The notes under the pieces are model-generated. The model did no database searches. It had not been told where the DNA came from and saw nothing but the letters and a program-made list of their open reading frames with translations. This document shows positions 54,951 to 64,000 of a stretch of DNA of 64,000 nucleotides, one piece after another (the stretch's first letter is position 1; each line of letters opens with the position of its first letter). Position numbers and translations under genes: made by a program. The stretch lies in NCBI RefSeq assembly GCF_006345805.1, contig NC_043015.1:124001-188000 (forward strand). Direction: 5' to 3'. This DNA comes from Octopus sinensis. Taxonomy: Eukaryota.

Positions 54951-55509
54951 ATATGTAAATAAACAAATCAAAATCTCTTAAAGGATTAATTAAACTGGTG
55001 GATTGTGCCAATTCATGTTTTATAGTTTAGGCCATAAAATTTGGATTATCCGATCAAAGGAATTAAGGCGTAAAGAAATAACAATGAACAAACATTATAA
55101 ATAAACTAAACCCCAAAAAATAATATATATACAACAAAAACAACAACAACAACAATAACAACAACAGCAACAATTACAAGTCCAACAACTATAATAATAT
55201 ACTTATTACCAATCAATAAATGATAAATACCTTGAGATAATTGATGGATGAAATGCATTCTATTAAGTGGGACTGCGTATAAAATATTTTTATTTCCTTG
55301 AACAGTACAACCACCATTAACACCCCTAACCGCTGCTACCGCCGCCACTAGCGCCACCCCTACTTTACGAAAGCTTCTTTGCAGATTTGCTAGTGAAGGG
55401 GAATTTTAAAGGAATTACATACGTACATACATACATGCATACATATATACATATATATATATACATATATATATGTATATATAAGTATATGTATATATAT
55501 ATATCTATA

Positions 55510-55566
<57 letters not shown>

Positions 55567-56630
55567 GAGTATATATGTATACATGCACATACATATACAT
55601 ATATATATATTTAGATATAGATACACACACACATATATGCATATGCATATCTATCCGTCCATATATCCATCCATCCATACATACATGCATACATACATAC
55701 ATACATAAATACATACATACATAATACATATATATATATTTATGTATATATATATATATCTATTTATACATATAAATATATATATGTATATTTATAAATA
55801 TAAATTATATTATATATTACACACTCATACATACATATCTTAAATATATGTGTATGTATATATATATATATATTATTATAGTATATAATATATAATAAAC
55901 ACACAACACACACAACACACACACACACATATGTATATATAAGAGAAGAGAGGCAGAGATAACTGATAGATATTTAGGGATATATATTCTGGGGTATTAT
56001 TCAAAAACATTGTGTATTCATGTATATATATATAGACACGTACATGTATGTGCATGTCTTCGTATAGCTCCCTTGTTTGCTTACATGTAAATATATAACT
56101 GCGTTACAGTATCTCTCTATATAAGAAAACTCTGGCACAAATGCATGTGCGTATTTTACATGTGTGTATTTGTCTACAAATATTGACGCGTATGAGTAGG
56201 TTAGTTATTGTTTGAAAGAATAATGCTGAAAATAATTCGATAAACCCTTGTTATCACATTGTTTGTGATCTACAACCGTTGTAACAAGCTTATGGGGAAA
56301 TCATTGATTTTTATTTTATTTTATTTATTTCATTCCGTATTTGTGTTTTTGTCTTATTGGATAATTCAAACAAATATATATATATATATATATATAATTC
56401 TACATATGTGAGCGAGGGTGTGTATAAGTATATTTGTGTGTGGAAAGAATCGTTTAGATCTAGCTTTATGTAGAGATGCTGTTGATGTATCCGCTTTAGC
56501 ATTAGAGAATAAGTACATGATATATATCTATCTATATGTATGTATATTCATATATATATATATATAAATACATATACATAAACATATATATATATATGTG
56601 CACACACATACCCATATATGTGTGTATGTA

Positions 56631-56664
<34 letters not shown>

Positions 56665-58074
56665 TTGTACATATATTTATGACACTATGTGTATATTTAT
56701 ATACATATACACGTATATATGAAACTATATGTGTGGTGGCTGCATACACTTCCCTATTTTAATGCGTTTATAGTTGTTTATATATACATTTTGCTTGTGT
56801 TTTTCGAGGCATAAGTATGGATATTTATATATGTGTATATGTAATGTAGATGAGTGTAAATATGTATATGTGCATGTATGCTTATATGTGTACATGTATA
56901 TATATATATGGATATATATAAATGTGTGTGTGTGTGTATATATATATACGTTTGTGTTTCCATTTATATATATATATGTGTGTGTGTCTGTGTGTTAAAG
57001 TGAACTTCTATATTCCTGAGACATATTCTGTTTATATCTTTAATATTTTCCCCGTGACATCAGCAAAATTTTATTGTAGCACGCAATCCACACACGCATA
57101 AACACACACACATACACACACACACACACACACATAGCTACACCTACACGACACAGAGGCAAATTCGGCAGATATCGTTTGTTTTTACTCAAGTTTCACG
57201 CTAGCACGATCAACCAGGCAGTCTCTAAAACTAGCGCATGACCTGCATTAAGTGACAAACGTCGCACACATGCACACACGGGTACACGTACATTCATAAT
57301 CTGAAATCTATAGAGCTTCTGTTAAACATCTTTCGTAATTGATCCCAAAGTCCATCCCCTCCTCACCGTGGTGGGGACGCTGGCAACGGGTAGTGTCAGA
57401 GCTATGCCGTCGGGAACTTCAGTTGCTGGTAGGGCCACCCAAGGCGAATTGGTCTGACACTGAGTGGTATTAGAGCCACAACCCGGCAGACGGAGCTCTA
57501 GTGAAAATCCTCGGAGTGTCTGTTTCGACAACCGGCGTCTGCGGAAAATCTGCGGCAAACAGGTTGTCTCTATATGCGGGAATGTTGGGGACCGCTTGTG
57601 AAATCCACATATTCCCACGAAACTTCTTCTGCCTCGAGGGTGGTAGAAGAAGCCAACTCAACCAGCCCAGGGTGAATGTCGCCACAAGTACAAGAGTAGT
57701 AGTACTGAAGATTCTCAATACAAGCACCATCGAAGCCAACTTATTTATCATGTTTCCGGGAGTGGGGGGGGGTATCGATGAAATACCAATCAGATATTCA
57801 AGTATTGCGAAGACACTTCGCCAAATGGCGCAACAGCACTCACGATTGCAAGAGAGATGGCTATTGCCGGATTGTGTGGATCTTTCAGCTCAAAACGCCT
57901 CGTTTCGTGATCCTCCTGTCTGTCTCGAAATGAACAACTCCACAATGAACTAGTGTCCCGTTGAGAAGGATTGCTGCGATCCTGACCACTTATGCGCCCT
58001 GGAAATAGAGTAGCGGGCTTTGCGCGTCCTAGGACATCAGATAGTACTTTCTTATACGCAAGTACAAAAATCGA

Positions 58075-58233
58075 TTTCTTCTTCTTCTTCTTCTTCTTCT
58101 TCTTCTTTCTCTTCTTTTCTTCTTCTTCTTCTTCTTCTTCTTCTTCATCTTCTTTCTCTTCTTCTTCATCTTCTCTCCTCTTCTTCTCTTCATCTTTTTC
58201 TTCTCTTCTTATCTTTTCTTCTTCTTCTTCGTC

Positions 58234-58285
<52 letters not shown>

Positions 58286-58306
58286 TATTATATTATTATT
58301 ATTATC

Positions 58307-58360
<54 letters not shown>

Positions 58361-58968
58361 TATGTTTGACTTTGTTTTATATTTGTACAAGTTTGCTCCA
58401 AGTCTCACCCAGAGACCTCATGAGACAACAGGTTGGAAGTTTATGTTGTTGTTATGCCAAGTGTGCCATATATTTGTTTTGTTTTTTGGGGTGTTGTACT
58501 AGTGAATGTCCCAAGAAAAACAAAAAACAAAACAAAATTATGTTTGTTTTAAACCCTGAGATTACGTAGAAAGTATTTTGCGTAGGATATGAGCAGTTCC
58601 CATGAGCATTATCGTTTGAATTTCTACCATTTTGGGGTTTCCTGGTATCTGAGTTAGGTAGCAATCAGCCCCATTCGCTATCATTCCCAGGGCACCTATG
58701 ACAACAGGTATTGTTCTAGTTTTCAGGTTCCACATTTTGCTGATTTCTATTTCAAGATCTTTATATTTGCTCAGTTTTGAGTAGGTCTTGACAGATACGT
58801 TTATATCGATTGGGACAGTCATATCAATGAGGAGGCATGTTCTATGTCTGAAGTCTTTCAATATGATGTCTGGCCTATTTGCATCTAACTTTCTGTCAGT
58901 TTGAATGGTGAAGTTCCAGAGGAGTGTAGTTCCTCTGTTATTATTATTAGTTATTATTATTACTATTA

Positions 58969-59034
<66 letters not shown>

Positions 59035-59236
59035 ATTATTATTATGTATTATTTTTATTATTATTATTATTATCTTAATATTATTATTATTATTATTATT
59101 ATTATATTATTATTATTATTATTATTATATTATTTATTATATATTATTATTATTGTTATTATGTTATTATTATTTTTATTATTATTATTATTGTTATCTT
59201 TAATATTATTATTATTATTATTATTATTATCATTTA

Positions 59237-59281
<45 letters not shown>

Positions 59282-59405
59282 GTTATTATTGTTATTATTA
59301 TTTTTATTATTATTATTTGTTATCTTTAATATTATATTATTATTATTATTATATTATATTATCATTATTATTATCATTATTATTATATTATTATTATTAT
59401 TATTG
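58075..59405. repeat. (TTC)n and long (ATT)n fields surrounding the R4/Dong fragment
   Basis: Direct reading of the sequence. Confidence 0.95.
58360..58938 (-). mobile_element. 5'-truncated R4/Dong-like non-LTR retrotransposon (restriction-like endonuclease C-terminus + 3' UTR) in a (TAA)n tract
   Basis: Minus strand reads LLWNFTIQTDRKLDANRPDIILKD..TCLLIDMTVP.D.NVS.K...KLSKYKDL....PVVIGALG (RPD..D..K REL motif), with a stop at 58562. Both junctions are in (ATT/TAA)n. Confidence 0.88.
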
Positions 59406-59795
59406 GTTGTTATTTTATATTATTACTGTCGTTGTTGTTTTGTTGTTATTCGGTTGTATTCAGCATATATTTCAAGAAAGAGAAAAAAGTTATTGACAGG
59501 TGCGTTGGTGTTAAGAATTAGTGAAGGGTGGATAGAAATGAGAAAAGCCTATTAACGAAAAGCAAAAATTATAATGAGGGAACGAATATAAACTTGCACA
59601 CAACACAATCAGTGGTACAATAACTACGACTAGCTTAACAATAAGCAGTAACCTCTAATCTAATTGCCATATCATGGTTGCTTTGTGTCTGTGATTGTTT
59701 ACTGCATTTATCGCACAGTTCACAGCATACATACGGATACATACATACACGCATACATATTCGTTCATACATTCACTCTCATATACATATGCTCA

Positions 59796-59809
<14 letters not shown>

Positions 59810-59830
<21 letters not shown>

Positions 59831-59996
59831 CCACAGGTACATACGCTCGTGAATACATCCATATCTATCTATCTATCTTTCTGTCTGTCTATCTATTTGT
59901 CTAACTGTCAATCTATCAGTCAGTCAGTCTGTCTATCTGTCTATCTATTTAATTTATTTTTCTCTCTTCTCTCTCTCTCTCTCTCTCTCTCCCTCC

Positions 59997-60030
<34 letters not shown>

Positions 60031-60155
60031 CCACCAGGTACATACGCTCGTGAATACATCCATATCTATCTATCTATCTTTCTGTCTGTCTATCTATTTG
60101 TCTAACTGTCAACTATCAGTCAGTCAGTCTGTCTATCTGTCTATCTATTTATTTA

Positions 60156-60193
<38 letters not shown>

Positions 60194-60216
60194 CCTCCAT
60201 TATATATATATATATA

Positions 60217-60235
<19 letters not shown>
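59810..60235 (+). repeat. Tandem duplication of a ~205-bp compound-microsatellite unit
   Basis: CAGGTACATACGCTCGTGAATACATCC...CTCCCTCCAT occurs at ~59834 and ~60035. Confidence 0.9.
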
Positions 60236-60247
<12 letters not shown>

Positions 60248-63200
60248 CACTCCCATATTTTATCTTTTACTTGTTTCACTGATTAGACCGCGGCCATGCT
60301 GGAGCACCAACACTGGTCGTCATATGGTGGGCGGGAGCGGGTCAAGCACAGACATAAAGATGCATACACACACACATACAAACACACACACACAAACATA
60401 TATATGTATATATGTATATATATGTGTGTATATATATCAGAATGCTTTGGTCGACGCAAGGCACTTTGGTCGAAGAAGGCACTTGCCCAAGATACCATGT
60501 AGTGGGACGCTGAACCTAGAACTATACATATACAACATATAAGCATTTATGTTGATTATTCTTTTAGCACACTTTTGACAATATATGTATATAATACGTG
60601 CAATATATGTCCATGTATACATTAGCATGTTCATATGTTCATGTCCACATCAACATATGCGTATGTCCAACATGGCGTTGAATTCGATCACTTCAGCATA
60701 GACGGTAATTATTTCTTTCGTGTAATAAATACTCTTGTTTAACTCCATCGCCATTGATACAAGTCTGCTAACAAAAGGGAAAAACGTAATTTTCCCTGTT
60801 TAATTACTGACAAAATCCGTTCTAAAAATGATTATTTTTCTTTGAAAGATAATCTTTTTGGAGAGAATCTTAATAATAATTAAGCAGGGTTATTAAACGA
60901 ATGACACGTGGACCACTATTACATCCCCCATGTGGAATTGGGGAGATAGGTAACGGGGTTCCGCATTCGCTACTCACAGGTTTATCAAATGAAAACATAA
61001 GACAATTGATTACTCTCATTAAATGCAAAGTGAATAATGACTTCAGAGATCACCAGCTGTGACTTTATGATGACCATTCAAACACTACTAAGGTTGCCAA
61101 CAAGGGATATTCTAAACGTCCTTAAAGAGAGTTTGTGGGTGTTACGTCAAGAGCTTTGTTATCGTAAGAAATTAGGAAATTCGAAAGCTATCAAGAGCAA
61201 GCTGGCATTAAGATATCAAAGTGTGTATCGCAGAATTAAAAATTAAATGCTATACGATTGTTACTCAACTATTATTTACCTATGGGCTCATTTGATTCTT
61301 TACTCAGGTGCACTGTCCTAGATATCCGATTTTCAAAAAAAATTGTTTTATATTTTATATAATTAGATATTATCAGAAACTGTATTAAAATTGTTATATT
61401 TTGTGTATTATTTAAGTATAACCAATTTATTGTCAATAAATTTTAGCAAGAAAATCTTATCTGCAACATCCAAGGGCCTTATGGGCCCCTGTTTCAGACG
61501 CTGTGTGCTATACAATCGAGATAGTAACTGTTCTATTCCAACATAATCTGGAAATATACTTGTGAAGGAGGGAATCCGGAAAGTAAATAAATAGCACGAC
61601 CGGGATGTGGAATAGTGAAATGTTCTAAGAAATAGTGAATGTTTTTGCGAGTGTGTCTCCTAAATTATATAATCTCTGCTAAATGTTGTAGCAAACCTAC
61701 TGCATAATGAATTGTAGCAACAATTTGCGAAGAAAATCATGTCAACTTGCAAATGAAAAAAAGAATTTACGCTACAGTAAACGTGCTACATGGAGTGACA
61801 GCCACAATAGCATAAGAAACCAGAGACACATAACAAAATAAAAAAACTACCAGAAGTCCGTCGCTTACTTAAGTAGCGTGTGTAAACTGTACACTGGTTG
61901 TTTGAAAGTTTTGTAAACTGACTGCGAAACAGATGTTAGGAAAAGTAATGAGTCTGGAGATGTAGAGTACAGCGCCTCAAGTCTACTGACTATAGACTAT
62001 AGGTGTTTCATTCTTTCCTTTACTCATGGATAATCGTCACTACAATTTCGAAGCTTTCACCTACTGCGATTATTGTTCTTACTACACAGGCTACAACATG
62101 ATCTGTATAGTTAACACTAAGCAGTGTTCTAATCTTTATAAGGACAAACAAAAAAGTTATTCACGAGAATAATTTACAGTCTGTCATGGCTGTGAAGCAG
62201 CGGTCAGCTCTTTTAAAGAAATGCCATAGCTCTAAGTTTGAAACTATATTAATGTCATAGCCACCAACCCTGCACGCACAGAGTTTATAGGATTCCAGAA
62301 GCTTAATTCCGAATATATTCATTATAACAAGTGATATAACAGTTTACAACATTCACGCGGGACTTAGGAATGAAGTTTGGTCAAGATTACTGTTCATATT
62401 CGAAGGAAAATATTATTGATCAGATAAGGGAATTAAATATCGATGACCGGTCTATCTTCACTCTGTGTGTAATGTTGAAAGGTTATAGAAACCTGGAACC
62501 GAACTGTAAGTATTCAATGAAACCATATCTCATGTTACTTTTGAAAGGCATGCGCTGGTATCAACATCTGTGTAACTAGACGCGGCATTTGACGTGAAGA
62601 CAACCAAGGTAATAATCTGCACTACTATTTTCCAGGTGAACAGTGAAACAGTGTCTTAATTAAAACACAGGTATAGACACAGAACCATAAGGAAAGTCTA
62701 AAACTCATTTGAGTACTGCATGGTGTCAATCATCTAGCACTTACGAAACAGTAAAAGGAAAATTGTGTTCATTGCATATATACTTAAAAGTAAAAATAAC
62801 ATATGAATGTAGTTGAAGAATTCCTGAATACGTATTTTTCTATGTGTATATCTTTCTTACAATCTCATTGTGGCTTTGCTTGTGTATCCTACTAAAACAC
62901 CAATTTGGAAGAGAAATAAATATCATATCGACAAAATATCATGCATGGGCATATATCCCGTAAGGTAAAAGATATCAACACAATCGATCGAAGCAGATTT
63001 TTTTTTACTTGCTTCCTCGCTTCTTGCAATCTCATGAGGTTAGTCTTTTCTCTCTGTGTGTATATACATGTATGTATGTATGTATGTATGTATGTATGTA
63101 TGTATGTATATATGTATATATATATATATACGTTTAAATATTTGTTGTGCAAGATTTTTTATGTGAAGTCGTGTGTTGAAATAAGATTAAGATTAATGTA

Positions 63201-63288
63201 AAAAATAAATATCACTGAAGCAAAATAACACCAAATATATAGTGCGTGTGTTTTTATTGGCTAACTGGCAATATGCATTCCGAAATAT

Positions 63289-63348
<60 letters not shown>

Positions 63349-63541
63349 GAAAGAAAGTCAAGATAGAAAATGCTAATATAATATTTAAAAAAAGACATTT
63401 CAGCACCGGTTTCAGTCATTGAGACTTTTTCAACTGTAAGTATGGAAAACAATTAATTTTGCATAGTGTTCAAATACAATTGACATTTTCCTTGTTTCTG
63501 TCTAGCTGTTTACTCTTCTCGGTTCAAGGGCGTTGTGAATG

Positions 63542-63615
<74 letters not shown>

Positions 63616-63741
63616 TATAGTATGTATGTAGTAGATAGAGATATGTATATATATATAGATATGTATGTATGTAAATATATGTATATATGTATATATATAT
63701 ATATAAATATGTATACATATATATTAGAAACAGAGAAAGAG

Positions 63742-63792
<51 letters not shown>

Positions 63793-64000
63793 CATATTTA
63801 TATATATATATATGCGTGTGTAGATATATAGTGGCATATATACACATGCATTCATACATATACATGCATACGTTATCATATATGTATGTGTATGCAATTA
63901 GACACGCACACACATACACACTTATACACACATACACGCACATAAGCACGCACGTAGACACACAAATTCTCGCAAGTACACGCTCCTCTCTTTCCGGTGT

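Noticed and set aside
60650-62900. 2.2 kb of non-repetitive sequence with short ORFs (61037-61246, 62370-62579)
   Set aside because: No motif, codon or splice pattern I can support. It is treated as ordinary intronic or intergenic DNA pending a homology search.

Overview
AT-rich eukaryotic DNA that is very dense in microsatellites. The SINE types and repeat landscape suggest a cephalopod, probably Octopus (inference from recalled sequence, not searched). I cannot support any host protein-coding gene. Almost all listed ORFs are microsatellite read-throughs, and those with recognisable protein motifs are transposon-derived. Main contents: (1) a ~12.3 kb Penelope-like element (PLE) at 30708-42961 with RT and GIY-YIG, arranged as a partial tandem plus an inverted 5'-truncated copy, with ~2.3-2.45 kb pseudo-LTRs that each carry a hammerhead-ribozyme (HHR) motif with an extended stem II; (2) four copies of a Tx1/L1-clade LINE, three of them embedded in (TATC)n tracts; (3) an R4/Dong-like fragment and a 550-bp non-coding element in (TAA)n tracts; (4) several short inverted-repeat elements with divergently oriented HHR motifs; (5) mariner/Tc1/pogo relics and MITEs, one Helentron-type HINE and many tRNA-derived SINEs. 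One CpG-rich unique 0.75-kb island near 57.3-58.1 kb is unexplained.
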